Below are positions 52,747 through 63,188 of a stretch of DNA of 64,000 nucleotides, in pieces. The notes beneath the pieces were generated by a model that worked only from the letters and a program-made list of their open reading frames with translations, was not told the DNA's origin and made no database searches. The number at the start of each line of letters is the position of its first letter. Position 1 is the stretch's first letter. A program made the position numbers and the translations under genes. This stretch comes from an uncultured Prochlorococcus sp. (GTDB taxonomy: Bacteria > Cyanobacteriota > Cyanobacteriia > PCC-6307 > Cyanobiaceae): contig CACIYC010000003.1 in NCBI GenBank assembly GCA_902590775.1, forward strand, positions 117 to 64,116, read 5' to 3'.

Positions 52747-53637
52747 ATGAATAAAGTAATCAATGATTCAAAACAAGAGCTAGATACAGTCTTAGAGACC
52801 TTATTAGATCCTTTAGCTATAAAATTAACAAACTCAATAAATTGGATAAACTTAAAAGGCATTTCAACCGACTCTGCAAATCTTTATCCAGTAGCAATAT
52901 TAGGCAAAGGAAAACCAATTCTATTGCTTCATGGCTTTGATAGTTGTTTTATGGAATTTCGAAGATTGGCTCCTTATTTAGAAAGAAATTATAAATTAAT
53001 AATACCTGACTTATATGGATTTGGATTTTGCCCAAGGCCAATAAAAACTCAATATGGCATCGAATCAATACTCAGCCATTTAGACAACGTCTTAACATCA
53101 TTAAAAATTCAATCAAATATTGGAATAATTGGAGCATCTATGGGAGGTGGTATCGCCATGAAATTTGCAAGGTTAAATAAGAATAAAATTAATAAAATTC
53201 TACTTTTATCTCCTGCAGGATTAACTGGGAAGTCAGTACAAATACCTTCCCCATTAGATTATTTAGGAGTATTTTTTTTAAAACAAAAATGTGTCAGAGA
53301 AGGACTTTGTAGAAATGCATTTTCTAATCCAAAAGATGTAGGTCCATCCGAAAAACAAATTGCATCAATACATTTGAATGTACCAGGCTGGGCAAGATCA
53401 CTTGCTGCTTTTGCAAGAGGAGGAGGTGTAGCAGATTGTGGGCTTCCTATTCCTACTCAAACTACTAAAATTATTTGGGGCAAAGACGATAGGATACTTA
53501 ATCAGAAATTAAGGAATACATGCCAAAAATTACTAAACTGTTCTCATGAAGAGATTGACCACTGTGGTCACCTACCACACATTGATAGGCCAGAGTTAGT
53601 AGCAAAGCTTTGGAAAGAATTAGATAAGAGTGACTAA
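52747..53637 (+). CDS. Alpha/beta-fold hydrolase
   Basis: LLHGFDS, PDLYGFG, GASMGG, WGKDD, CGHLPH. Confidence 0.9.
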   Translation: MNKVINDSKQELDTVLETLLDPLAIKLTNSINWINLKGISTDSANLYPVAILGKGKPILLLHGFDSCFMEFRRLAPYLERNYKLIIPDLYGFGFCPRPIKTQYGIESILSHLDNVLTSLKIQSNIGIIGASMGGGIAMKFARLNKNKINKILLLSPAGLTGKSVQIPSPLDYLGVFFLKQKCVREGLCRNAFSNPKDVGPSEKQIASIHLNVPGWARSLAAFARGGGVADCGLPIPTQTTKIIWGKDDRILNQKLRNTCQKLLNCSHEEIDHCGHLPHIDRPELVAKLWKELDKSD

Positions 53638-54274
53638 AAATAAATCAATGAATGGAGCAATTGCTAATTTCATAAAGCTTGGCCTTGAATATTGGGTAAA
53701 GAAAAAATGTGAATCCATAGATCAAATAGATATAAAGATAAATGATTTAAATATAGGCTTTGCAAACTCAGAAATTTCTAGTTTAAGTTTAGAAGCAAAG
53801 AGAATAGTTTTTAATAGCATTCCTATGCACAAATTATCATTAAAGACTGGAAGTCTTCTTTTTGGTATAGACTTAAGTAAACCAGCACGAAATATAATAT
53901 CAATTAAAAATAATTTTAAAATATATGGATTTCTTTTTTTCAATCAAGATGATTTAAATTCAATCATATCATCAATCAAATGGTCATGGATATCTCAATG
54001 GCTAGTTGATAATTTTTTCCCAGGTCAAAAAATAATAAAAATACTTATTAGGAAGGATTTCTTGCTAATAAGAACATTGAGTATGTTTAGCAATCAAAGA
54101 AAACTTAGCGAGAACTATATTAACTTATCAACTATTGATGGCATGTTGTTATTTAAAGGAATAGGAAACTCCAACAAAAGATACTTACCTATGGATGAAT
54201 CAATATATATAAGTAAGGTTGAAATTATAAACAAAACAATTTCTTTAAAAGTTAAATCCATAGTCAAGGACTAA
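53630..54274 (+). CDS. DUF2993 / LmeA-like hypothetical protein
   Basis: Full-length ORF overlapping the hydrolase stop; beta-rich with a DL.....S.KW.W pattern; family assignment tentative. Confidence 0.55.
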   Translation: MTKNKSMNGAIANFIKLGLEYWVKKKCESIDQIDIKINDLNIGFANSEISSLSLEAKRIVFNSIPMHKLSLKTGSLLFGIDLSKPARNIISIKNNFKIYGFLFFNQDDLNSIISSIKWSWISQWLVDNFFPGQKIIKILIRKDFLLIRTLSMFSNQRKLSENYINLSTIDGMLLFKGIGNSNKRYLPMDESIYISKVEIINKTISLKVKSIVKD

Positions 54275-55164
54275 GGTCTAACAAATGGTAGCAAGAACTT
54301 TATTAAATAAAATACAATAGAGGGAGTAAACAAATAGCTATCTATTCTATCTAGAATCCCACCATGACCTGGTAATGCATTTCCTGAATCCTTTAAGCCT
54401 GCATCTCTTTTCATCATAGATTCAATAAGATCACCAACTATTGAAAACAAACCAACAAGTGATCCTACAAAGCATAAAAATATTAACTCTAGAAAATTAC
54501 ATTTAACAAGTATACCTGAAATAAAACCTACTATTGTAGGGCAAATTATTCCAGAAACTGCTCCTTCAATTGTTTTAGCAGGGGAAATAGGCGATAAGGA
54601 ATGCTTGCCATACTTCTTCCCAAAATAATAAGAACCAATATCAGAAGCAACAATCATCAAACAAGTTATTAGAGTTATAATCATACCTGTAGAAAAAACC
54701 CCATTAGAATTATTATTTAAAATCTCAAATGAAGGTGCTAAATCAATATTTGTCAGATTCCTTAATCTAATCCAATAACTTGGAAGATATCCCAAATAAA
54801 ATAATCCTAGTATTGAAGCAGCTATATCAGAGATAGAACCAGTTACAGGCTGCAATAATAACCATCCACATATAGCAACTCCTGCTATTGCTAAAACAGC
54901 ACTTGAAAGATCAACAGATGAAAAACCTTGAATATCAAAATAAGTTGAAATTAATAGTATTTGACATGCTAAAAGAGTTGTTTTTGTAGCCGCTCTAATT
55001 CCTGCAAATTCTGTCATCCTAAAATACTCAATCAAAGCTAAATGTACTATTACTCCAATAGCAAATGTAAATAAAAATCCTCCTACTCCAACTATTAAAA
55101 GTCCATAAAGACCAGCAATTAGTCCACTAATTATTCTTTTACTGGAGAAATATGAAGGCATCAA
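54271..55164 (-). CDS. cdsA: Phosphatidate cytidylyltransferase
   Basis: SDIGSY, ISPAKTIEG, GDLIESMMKRDAGLKDSG..LPGHGGILDRIDS. Confidence 0.96.
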   Translation of the reverse strand: MMPSYFSSKRIISGLIAGLYGLLIVGVGGFLFTFAIGVIVHLALIEYFRMTEFAGIRAATKTTLLACQILLISTYFDIQGFSSVDLSSAVLAIAGVAICGWLLLQPVTGSISDIAASILGLFYLGYLPSYWIRLRNLTNIDLAPSFEILNNNSNGVFSTGMIITLITCLMIVASDIGSYYFGKKYGKHSLSPISPAKTIEGAVSGIICPTIVGFISGILVKCNFLELIFLCFVGSLVGLFSIVGDLIESMMKRDAGLKDSGNALPGHGGILDRIDSYLFTPSIVFYLIKFLLPFVRP

Positions 55165-56558
55165 GAAACAACCTTTATTTTAGATGGAATTTGATTAGGC
55201 CATAATATACTTTGTTGACGAATCCACTCTACTCTCCTTTGGTCTATTATCTCTCCTGGTAAAAGAAAAGGGATTCCAGGAGGGTAAGGAGAAATTAATT
55301 CTGAAGAAATTCTTCCAACACATTCTTTTAAAGGAAGAATTTCTGATTCAGCTCTATAAGCTGACATGCATGATCTTTCTAAATAAGTTACTAATGGGAA
55401 TGGTGGTCTAGTAAAAGGTGGAAAAGAGTTTTTTTCAAGTTTAGAAGAAAGTAATTCTTTCCAGCTCTTTTTCATACTACTTATTAAGCCTTTTTGCTTG
55501 GAAAAGCCTAAGCAAAAAGTTATTGTCCCTTGCTCTGGTAATTCCGGAATAATCCCTTTATCAATAAACCAAGAATCTGCTTTTAATCCACAAATGCCGA
55601 TCGAAGCAGTATGTAAAACAAGTCTCAAAGGATCTTGATTAAAGAGAATAGGCACTCCAGCTTTACGTAAATTAAAAGCAATATTGTTTGCATTATTTAT
55701 TATTTTATCCAATTTTTTCTGCTCTCCTGGAACAAACCATTGATTTATAGCTGTTTCACATGAAGCTAACAATAAAGCACTAGGACTAGTAGTTTGAAAA
55801 AGTTGAATACTTCTTTCAACAAGCAAAGGGTCAACTAAATCTCCTTGCATCCAAAGTACAGCTGTTTGAACAAGACCTGATGAAGACTTATGTAAAGAAT
55901 GTACAACAAGATCAGCTCCTACTTTTAAAGCAGATTGAGGTAATGATTCGTGCTGAGATGCAGAAAAATATGCACCATGTGCTTCATCAACTAAAACAGG
56001 CCAATCTTTTTTATGGAAGAGATTTATTAAAGGTTTTAGATTAGATGAATAACCTTGATAAGTAGGATTAGTTAAAACAGCTGCAGAAATCTTAATATTA
56101 TCTTTTTCAATCTTTTCTATAACATTTTTGAGCAAAGATTCATCAGGTACAGAATAATGTCCGCGATCTTCTAAAAAAGGGAGGTCAAAAAGTACAGGTC
56201 TTATATCACCAAGAATACAAGCTTGAATAATACTTCTATGAACATTACGAGGCATTAAAACTGATTCATTTGGCTTAGCAATAGAAAAAAGAGAAGCCTG
56301 AAGAAGGCCAGTTGCCCCATTTACCCCATACCATCCCTTCTTTGCTCCTATAGACAAGGCTGCCTTATCTTGACTTTCTGCTATAGCTCCAATTGGCAAA
56401 GTAGGAGCTCCAATATCAGGCAATTCTGGCAAATCCCAAACACCTGGTTTCTTTCCAAGTAATTCTTTAATTTCCATTGGCAATGCTTTTCCTCTACCAT
56501 GTGCTGGCAAATAAAGGCTCTTACCTCTTCGGAGAGTAAGTAATTTCGTTAACCTCAT
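55161..56558 (-). CDS. Orn/Lys/Arg decarboxylase family (PLP, fold type I)
   Basis: PAHGRG, VNGAT, PRNVHRS, VDEAHGA, HSLHKS, TTSPS, PYPPGIP. Confidence 0.9.
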   Translation of the reverse strand: MRLTKLLTLRRGKSLYLPAHGRGKALPMEIKELLGKKPGVWDLPELPDIGAPTLPIGAIAESQDKAALSIGAKKGWYGVNGATGLLQASLFSIAKPNESVLMPRNVHRSIIQACILGDIRPVLFDLPFLEDRGHYSVPDESLLKNVIEKIEKDNIKISAAVLTNPTYQGYSSNLKPLINLFHKKDWPVLVDEAHGAYFSASQHESLPQSALKVGADLVVHSLHKSSSGLVQTAVLWMQGDLVDPLLVERSIQLFQTTSPSALLLASCETAINQWFVPGEQKKLDKIINNANNIAFNLRKAGVPILFNQDPLRLVLHTASIGICGLKADSWFIDKGIIPELPEQGTITFCLGFSKQKGLISSMKKSWKELLSSKLEKNSFPPFTRPPFPLVTYLERSCMSAYRAESEILPLKECVGRISSELISPYPPGIPFLLPGEIIDQRRVEWIRQQSILWPNQIPSKIKVVS

Positions 56559-56610
56559 AAGAACACCTTTATGATTACAAAGGTAATTAATTTATTTTAG
56601 TTTTGCTCCT

Positions 56611-58296
56611 GTGAAAACGTCCCATAAGAATATAAAAAATGACTCATCAATGATGTATGACGCACGTCGAGATTTAGTTTGGCTTATTTTTAGACCCTGG
56701 ATATTAATTCCTCGAGTAATATATCTCATTTTAACATTAACAATATTTATATTAAGGTTCTCACTTCAAGCAAATAGTAAAGATAAAATAATTCAAAGAG
56801 AATTAGCCAAATATTTGTTAACTACTATAACTAACCTAGGTCCATGTTTCATTAAATTAGGACAAGCTCTATCAACAAGGCCAGACCTTGTTAAACAAGA
56901 ATGGCTTGATGAGCTTACTAAGTTGCAAGATAATCTACCAGCTTTCGATCATAAATTAGCTTTAGAAATTTTTAAAAGTGAAATTGGGAAACAAGTAAGC
57001 GAGGTTTTCAAATACTTCCCACCAGAATCAATTGCTTCAGCAAGTTTAGGGCAGGTATACAAAGCAAATTTACACTCGGAATATTGGGTTGCTGTTAAGA
57101 TTCAAAGGCCAGGACTAATTCATATAATCCGCAGAGATTTAGTAATTATTAGGTCTATATGTTTCTTTATAGGGCCTTTCCTTCCACTTAACCTGGGGTT
57201 TGGACTTAGCGAGATCATAGATGAATTTGGATCAAATCTATTTAAAGAGATAGATTACGAACTTGAAGCAATTAATGCAGAGAGATTTGCGAGTTTGTTT
57301 AAAGATGATAGGTCAGTAACAGTACCTAAAGTTGAAAAACTTATTTCATCTAAAAGAATTATTACCACTAGCTGGATAGAAGGAACAAAGATTAAAGATA
57401 GAGAGACATTATTAAGAAATAATCTAGATCCTACATCTATAATAAGAACTGCGGTAATAAGTGGAATTCAGCAATTATTAGAATTTGGATATTTTCATGC
57501 AGATCCTCATCCAGGAAATTTGTTTGCTCTTAAAGGAAAGGTTGGGAATAAAGGGAATTTAGGTTATGTAGACTTTGGAATGATGGATTCAATTAGTGAT
57601 GAAGACAGAATTACTCTTACAGGAGCAATTGTCCATTTAATAAATAAAGATTATTTACTATTAGCTAAAGACTTTCAAAAACTAGGTTTTTTATCAGCCA
57701 ATGAAAGATTGGAAAGAATAGCTCCTATACTTAGAGAAGTTCTAGGTGGAGTAATAGATAAGGATGTGCATTCTCTCAATCTAAAAACCATAACAGATAA
57801 ATTCTCTGATCTAATGTATGACTATCCATTTAGAGTTCCAGCTCGCTTCGCACTAATAATAAGAGCAGTTGTAAGTCAAGAAGGTCTTGCTCTAAAACTT
57901 GATTCGAAATTTAAAATACTAAGATTTGCATATCCATATGTTGCTAAAAGGCTTTTAACAGAAGAGAACGAAGAATTAATAGAAATACTTATGGATATAA
58001 TTTTTGATGACAAAAACTGTATCCGAATAGATCGACTTGAAGGTCTATTAGAAGTTATTTCCGAATCTTCAAGCATTCCTGGTGAAGAGCTTCTGCCAGT
58101 TGCTAGCAATGGGCTAAAATTGCTTATTAGCGAGAAAGGGTCAGAAATAAGAAGAAAACTTTTGTTATCATTAATAAAGAATGATGAATTCAATGCAAGT
58201 GATATAAAAAAACTTTTACTTCTTTTCTCCCGAAAATTTAGTCCTATAGATATAAGCAATAAACTCCTACAAAAAATCAAGCCTATAATAGCTTGA
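56611..58296 (+). CDS. ABC1/UbiB (AarF) family atypical kinase
   Basis: GPCFIKLGQALSTRPD, ASASLGQVYKA, VAVKIQRP, FHADPHPGN, DFGM. Confidence 0.93.
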   Translation: MKTSHKNIKNDSSMMYDARRDLVWLIFRPWILIPRVIYLILTLTIFILRFSLQANSKDKIIQRELAKYLLTTITNLGPCFIKLGQALSTRPDLVKQEWLDELTKLQDNLPAFDHKLALEIFKSEIGKQVSEVFKYFPPESIASASLGQVYKANLHSEYWVAVKIQRPGLIHIIRRDLVIIRSICFFIGPFLPLNLGFGLSEIIDEFGSNLFKEIDYELEAINAERFASLFKDDRSVTVPKVEKLISSKRIITTSWIEGTKIKDRETLLRNNLDPTSIIRTAVISGIQQLLEFGYFHADPHPGNLFALKGKVGNKGNLGYVDFGMMDSISDEDRITLTGAIVHLINKDYLLLAKDFQKLGFLSANERLERIAPILREVLGGVIDKDVHSLNLKTITDKFSDLMYDYPFRVPARFALIIRAVVSQEGLALKLDSKFKILRFAYPYVAKRLLTEENEELIEILMDIIFDDKNCIRIDRLEGLLEVISESSSIPGEELLPVASNGLKLLISEKGSEIRRKLLLSLIKNDEFNASDIKKLLLLFSRKFSPIDISNKLLQKIKPIIA

Positions 58297-58357
58297 AAAT
58301 ACTAAGACATATATATAACATTCAGGTTTTTATATATACTAAAAACAACTCATAACT

Positions 58358-59068
58358 ATGAAACAGAGGCTCCAAAAAATAATAGGAAGAGCAGGAATAT
58401 GCTCGCGCAGGAAAGCCGAGAACCTCCTAAAGGGAGGAAGAGTCTTGGTAAATGGTAGGATAGCTTCAATAGGGGAAAAAGCTGATGTTAATTTAGATGT
58501 AATAACAATAGATAATTATATTATTCCAAAGTATTCCTCCAATAAAGTCATTCTACTTAACAAGCCTCCAGGTATAGTTTCTACATGCAATGATGAATTT
58601 GGAAGAAAAACTGTCATTGATTTACTGCCAACTTTTCTAAAGAAAGGTATGTATCCTATTGGAAGGCTTGATATGTATAGCAGAGGTGCAATAATATTGA
58701 CAAATAATGGTTATCTTACGCTACAGTTAACACATCCAAGGTATCATCATACTAAGACTTATCATGTATTAGTATCAGGAAATTTAAGCAATCAGGAAGT
58801 CAATGAATGGAGAAAAGGAATAATTATTAATAGCACAAAGACAAAGGAAATCATAGTGAAAGTATTGAATAGATATTCAAATAAAACACTTTTAGAAATA
58901 ATTCTTACTGAAGGTAAAAATAGACAGATTAGAAAGATTGCAGAAAAATTAGGTAATAAAATATTTGACCTTAAAAGAGTAAAAGTAGCAACTATAGGAT
59001 TAAATGGTTTAGATGAAGGTTCCTGGAGAGAATTAACTTTAAATGAATGGGAACCGCTATTAAAATAA
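58358..59068 (+). CDS. RsuA/RluB family rRNA pseudouridine synthase
   Basis: S4 domain (RLQK..G..SRRKAE), LNKP, GRLD, EGKNRQIR. Confidence 0.92.
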   Translation: MKQRLQKIIGRAGICSRRKAENLLKGGRVLVNGRIASIGEKADVNLDVITIDNYIIPKYSSNKVILLNKPPGIVSTCNDEFGRKTVIDLLPTFLKKGMYPIGRLDMYSRGAIILTNNGYLTLQLTHPRYHHTKTYHVLVSGNLSNQEVNEWRKGIIINSTKTKEIIVKVLNRYSNKTLLEIILTEGKNRQIRKIAEKLGNKIFDLKRVKVATIGLNGLDEGSWRELTLNEWEPLLK

Positions 59069-59081
59069 CAAGAGATAAATT

Positions 59082-59603
59082 ATGATTAAATCATTAAAAC
59101 CATACAAAAGAAGGAATAATAGATTGTTAAAGATGAAAACTGTTATCAATTTAAAAGCATGCAAAGAAACAGGACAATTTCTTAAAAATGAAAGAGAAAG
59201 AATGAATATATCTAGAGCTTCATTATCAAACAAAACCAAAATTTCAGTAAGCGTAATTGAGGCATTCGAGAATGCCTGGATAAATCAATTTCCAGAGAAC
59301 GCATATCTAAATACCATGCTAAGAATCCTAGAGAATGAATTAAAACTTGAGCCAAAAATACTTAATAATCTTATTCCAAATAAATCAACTAAAAGAATAA
59401 AGAATTCTAATGGATTTTTGATTACATCTACACAGACTCTTTTCTCAAGGTTCGGCATTAGTCTTTTATATATTATTTGCATATTATCTAGTATTTTTTT
59501 CTTAAATAAATATTATCTATATCTCTCAAAAAGCAATGTTCAAACAATTAATCCAATAACCATAAAAAATATTAATTCAAGCAATATAAAGCAGAAAGAA
59601 TAA
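59082..59603 (+). CDS. RodZ-like HTH (XRE) membrane protein with short C-terminus
   Basis: G.FLK..RE...IS...LS.KTKI....IEA.E HTH followed by one TM near the C-terminus. Confidence 0.65.
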   Translation: MIKSLKPYKRRNNRLLKMKTVINLKACKETGQFLKNERERMNISRASLSNKTKISVSVIEAFENAWINQFPENAYLNTMLRILENELKLEPKILNNLIPNKSTKRIKNSNGFLITSTQTLFSRFGISLLYIICILSSIFFLNKYYLYLSKSNVQTINPITIKNINSSNIKQKE

Positions 59604-59686
59604 CATCAAAGTTTCATTATAGTCAGCAATTAGAAGTTAAAGTTAATTCTCACTTAATTACCAATATATCTGCCACTATCCATAGT

Positions 59687-61225
59687 TTAACAATCAAGAA
59701 AAGCTTTATGTATTCCATCAAAGGTTCTACCATTTGCAATTGATAATTGACCAAATCTTTTAATGGAGGAAGTTAAAGTAGTATCGAAATAATTTAATTT
59801 CCAACTCCAATTTCCTTCGATAGTTCCTGGCTTATTAAGCCTAGACTCTTCGCCTAAAGATAAGATATCTTGTATTGGTGAAACAAACAAAATCGCTTCA
59901 GTTTTCATACCTAATTCAATTAATTTCCAAGATGGCTCCTTAGAATTACCATGGTATCTTTCAAGGACCCTTCTCCTAATATCATCATCAATTGCATTCC
60001 ACCAACCAATAGTAGTTGAGTTATCATGAGTCCCTGTATATACAATCCAATTATAATTATTAATATTTTCTGGTAAATAGGGATTGTTTTCATTCCCATC
60101 AAATGCAAATTGAAGGATCTTCATGCCAGGGAATTGAAAATATTTCCGAAGATCATCAACTTTTTTCGTTATCACGCCAAGATCTTCTGCTACTAAAGGA
60201 AGATTTTCACCGTAATCAATTTGCAAAAATGATAATAATTCCAATCCTGGTGATGGAAGCCAACATCCATTTTGGGCAGTTTTTTCTTTTCCAGGAACTG
60301 ACCAATAGGCGACTAAACCTCTGAAATGATCCAATCTCAATAAATCAAAGAGAATCCACTGCCTATTAAATCTTTTCCTCCACCACTCATATCTGGTTCT
60401 TTTATGTTTTTGCCATCGATAAACAGGTGTACCCCAAAGCTGACCAGTCTCTGCGAAATAATCAGGCGGAACTCCACTTTGAGAAGAAAGATTACCTTTT
60501 AATGAGACCGAAAAAAGAGAACGATTGCCCCAAACATCTGCACTATCTCTTGAGACATAAAAAGGTAGGTCACCAAACAGTAATACTCCACTTTCTCTGG
60601 CTAATCGTCTCAATTGATTCCATTGACGGCTAAGGTGCCACTGCATAAGAGAATGTTCTAACAGGCCTTCTTTATTTCTTGTTTTCCAATCTTTTAACTC
60701 TTTATTATTAGGCGATGAAAAAGAATCATTCCATTTCCACCAAGGAAGTCCATTATGTTGTCTTCTAAGCTCCATGAAAGAAGAATGATTGTCGAGCCAA
60801 GTTTCCTTGGTACTCCATTCCTTAAATTCCAAATGTCTTCCTTCGCTTTGTACATGCCAATTTTTTCTCAAAGCTTTGCCAAGCGCATTACTGCGTAAAT
60901 TTGCAAAATTAAAATCTATTGATGAAATATTTTTATTGGTCGATTGTTTAGGTAAATCCTCAATAATTCTTGATGGAATAAAACCTTCTTTTACAAGATC
61001 ATTTGCATCAAGAAACCAAGTATTTATTGCAAAGCTTGATGGAGAACTATAAGGAGATCCAAAAGAATCAGTAGGAGTTAGTGGAAGAAACTGCCAAACA
61101 CTTATTCCATTTTCTGAAAGTAATTTTATCCATTTGCGAGAAGGCTCCCCAAAAGTTCCACATATTTCCTCAGTAGGCAAAGAAGAAGGATGCATTAAGA
61201 CACCAACAAAACGTTTTTTAGACAA
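59687..61225 (-). CDS. malQ: 4-alpha-glucanotransferase (amylomaltase, GH77)
   Basis: GVLMHPSSLP, WQFLPL, GVPPDYF, RLDHFRG, AEDLG, YTGTHDN. AGGAG lies 8 nt before the TTG at 61225, so this start is preferred over 61243. Confidence 0.95.
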   Translation of the reverse strand: MSKKRFVGVLMHPSSLPTEEICGTFGEPSRKWIKLLSENGISVWQFLPLTPTDSFGSPYSSPSSFAINTWFLDANDLVKEGFIPSRIIEDLPKQSTNKNISSIDFNFANLRSNALGKALRKNWHVQSEGRHLEFKEWSTKETWLDNHSSFMELRRQHNGLPWWKWNDSFSSPNNKELKDWKTRNKEGLLEHSLMQWHLSRQWNQLRRLARESGVLLFGDLPFYVSRDSADVWGNRSLFSVSLKGNLSSQSGVPPDYFAETGQLWGTPVYRWQKHKRTRYEWWRKRFNRQWILFDLLRLDHFRGLVAYWSVPGKEKTAQNGCWLPSPGLELLSFLQIDYGENLPLVAEDLGVITKKVDDLRKYFQFPGMKILQFAFDGNENNPYLPENINNYNWIVYTGTHDNSTTIGWWNAIDDDIRRRVLERYHGNSKEPSWKLIELGMKTEAILFVSPIQDILSLGEESRLNKPGTIEGNWSWKLNYFDTTLTSSIKRFGQLSIANGRTFDGIHKAFLDC

Positions 61226-61328
61226 GGTAATAACTCCTAACAAAAAGAAGTAAAGAAGATCTAATTGGCTTCAAATCATGAAAAATGTATTAATATTGAA
61301 ATGATAAAAATGTTTTTAAAAGATACCA

Positions 61329-61517
61329 ATGAAATATCCAGGTATGGTAATACATTGCTTTGGAGTTATTTTAAGTGGGATATGGATAAGTAGTATAGTC
61401 TTTAAAAGTATTTGGCCAGATATCAAAATAAACCCCGAAAAACAAGACCATGTTCTTAAGAACAATAAATATCAACCTAAATTTAATACTCATCCTTTAA
61501 TTCAAATAACAGTTTAA
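61329..61517 (+). pseudogene. 62-aa single-TM ORF, possibly the N-terminal remnant of an LCP (LytR-CpsA-Psr) gene
   Basis: N-terminal TM ending ..IWP, then a polar tail and stop. Position and orientation match the slot where I recall an LCP gene in relatives (inference). Confidence 0.35.
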
Positions 61518-61560
61518 TCTAAATAAATTAATTTAAAACAAAATTAGGATTAACTATAAA

Positions 61561-62085
61561 TTATAGATCTAAATTACGTTTCCTATGCTTAATATTTAAA
61601 ACAATTTCTTCAATCATTAAGTTTTGATCAACATTAGCATTCTCCCAAGAAAAAGCTTTGCTTAACAACTCGCTTGGAATACAACCACACCAAGGCAGGC
61701 AGTCCAATCTTCTTTTATTTAAATCCAACTCCCCTCCGAGTTGAACAAGGCCTACTAAAGGAACAGATAATGAATTGCATAAACTTACATAAGCAGAAGC
61801 TGCCCCAGGAATATCGCCTGAAATAGAAGGGGCGATCATTAATGTCACTGGTTGTCTCCAGGCACCTATTACTTCCAACCAACTTGATCCAGAGGAATGT
61901 AATTTCGCTGCATCTCCAAGAAGTTGAACTATTACATCTCTTTCATTCAATTGTTTTAGTACTTCATGAGGTTCTTTCTCAGAAGAGATTTTTATAAGCT
62001 TAACTCCTAAAAACCTTGCCAATGTAAGGGATCCAGCATTGGCTAAAGAGTCCGATGTCTCTCCTATTGCAATTAAAAAAGGCAT
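61561..62085 (-). CDS. Conserved hypothetical protein, degenerate dethiobiotin-synthase (BioD)-like fold
   Basis: Segment order resembles BioD (W....AWRQPVTL...G......L...SVPLVGLV), but the Walker A GKT and EGAGG motifs are absent. Confidence 0.6.
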   Translation of the reverse strand: MPFLIAIGETSDSLANAGSLTLARFLGVKLIKISSEKEPHEVLKQLNERDVIVQLLGDAAKLHSSGSSWLEVIGAWRQPVTLMIAPSISGDIPGAASAYVSLCNSLSVPLVGLVQLGGELDLNKRRLDCLPWCGCIPSELLSKAFSWENANVDQNLMIEEIVLNIKHRKRNLDL

Positions 62086-62181
62086 TTGGAAATCATCGAT
62101 AGGCTACAAGAAACAAAAAAAATTTGGAATGATGAGCGATGAGCATTACCATCAATATAAGGGTTTTTAAATGCGGCGAAC

Positions 62182-63177
62182 GTGACAAGCTTTATCACCG
62201 CAGCAACTGCTGAAAATATAAAAAGCAGTCAGAGCAGACATAGACTTAAGTTAATCAGTGGTACGTCAAATCCAATTCTCGCGAAAGAAATAGCAACTTA
62301 TTTAGGCATAGAAGACGTTCCACTTGTATCAAAAAGATTTGCTGATGGAGAACTTTATGTTCAAATTCAGCAATCAATAAGAGGATGTGATGTTTTTCTA
62401 ATTCAACCTACTTGTGCACCAGTAAATGACAGCCTTATGGAGCTAATGATAATGGTTGATGCATGCAAACGTGCATCAGCAAGACAAGTGACAGCAGTTA
62501 TTCCTTACTATGGATATGCAAGAGCAGATAGAAAAACTGCAGGAAGAGAATCAATTACAGCAAAACTATCTGCCAATCTACTTGTCGGCTCGGGTGTTGA
62601 TAGGGTATTAGCAATGGATTTGCATTCTGCTCAAATTCAAGGTTATTTTGATATCCCTTGCGATCATATTTACGGTTCACCAGTTTTAATTGATTATATT
62701 TCTACTAAAAATTTAGATGAAATTGTTGTAGTTTCTCCTGATGTTGGTGGGGTGGCTCGAGCAAGAGCCTTTGCAAAAAAAATGAAAGATTCCCCTCTCG
62801 CAATTATTGACAAGCGTCGAGCTGCGCACAATATTGCTGAAAGTCTTACTGTTATTGGTGATGTTGCTGGTAAGACAGCAATACTTATTGATGACATGAT
62901 TGACACTGGTGGGACTATATGTGCTGGAGCAGAACTTCTTAGGAAAGAAGGAGCCAAACGAGTAATTGCATGTGCATCTCATGCAGTATTTTCACCACCT
63001 GCCTATTCACGTTTATCTTCTAAAGGACTTTTCGAAGAAGTAGTTGTTACTAATAGTATTCCTGTTCCTCAAAAACATTATTTTCCTCAATTAAAAATTC
63101 TTTCTGTTGCGAACATGCTTGGAGAAGCTATCTGGAGAACTCATGAGGAAAGCTCTATAAGTTCTATGTTCAGATAA
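62182..63177 (+). CDS. prs: Ribose-phosphate pyrophosphokinase
   Basis: FADGE, PYYGYARADRK, DLHSAQIQGYF, VSPDVGG, IDDMIDTGGT. Confidence 0.97.
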   Translation: MTSFITAATAENIKSSQSRHRLKLISGTSNPILAKEIATYLGIEDVPLVSKRFADGELYVQIQQSIRGCDVFLIQPTCAPVNDSLMELMIMVDACKRASARQVTAVIPYYGYARADRKTAGRESITAKLSANLLVGSGVDRVLAMDLHSAQIQGYFDIPCDHIYGSPVLIDYISTKNLDEIVVVSPDVGGVARARAFAKKMKDSPLAIIDKRRAAHNIAESLTVIGDVAGKTAILIDDMIDTGGTICAGAELLRKEGAKRVIACASHAVFSPPAYSRLSSKGLFEEVVVTNSIPVPQKHYFPQLKILSVANMLGEAIWRTHEESSISSMFR

Positions 63178-63188
63178 TGAGATAAAAA

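Noticed and set aside
58311-58337. ATATATAA...TTATATAT inverted repeat after the ABC1 kinase
   Set aside because: The stem is AT-only and low complexity, too weak to call a terminator.
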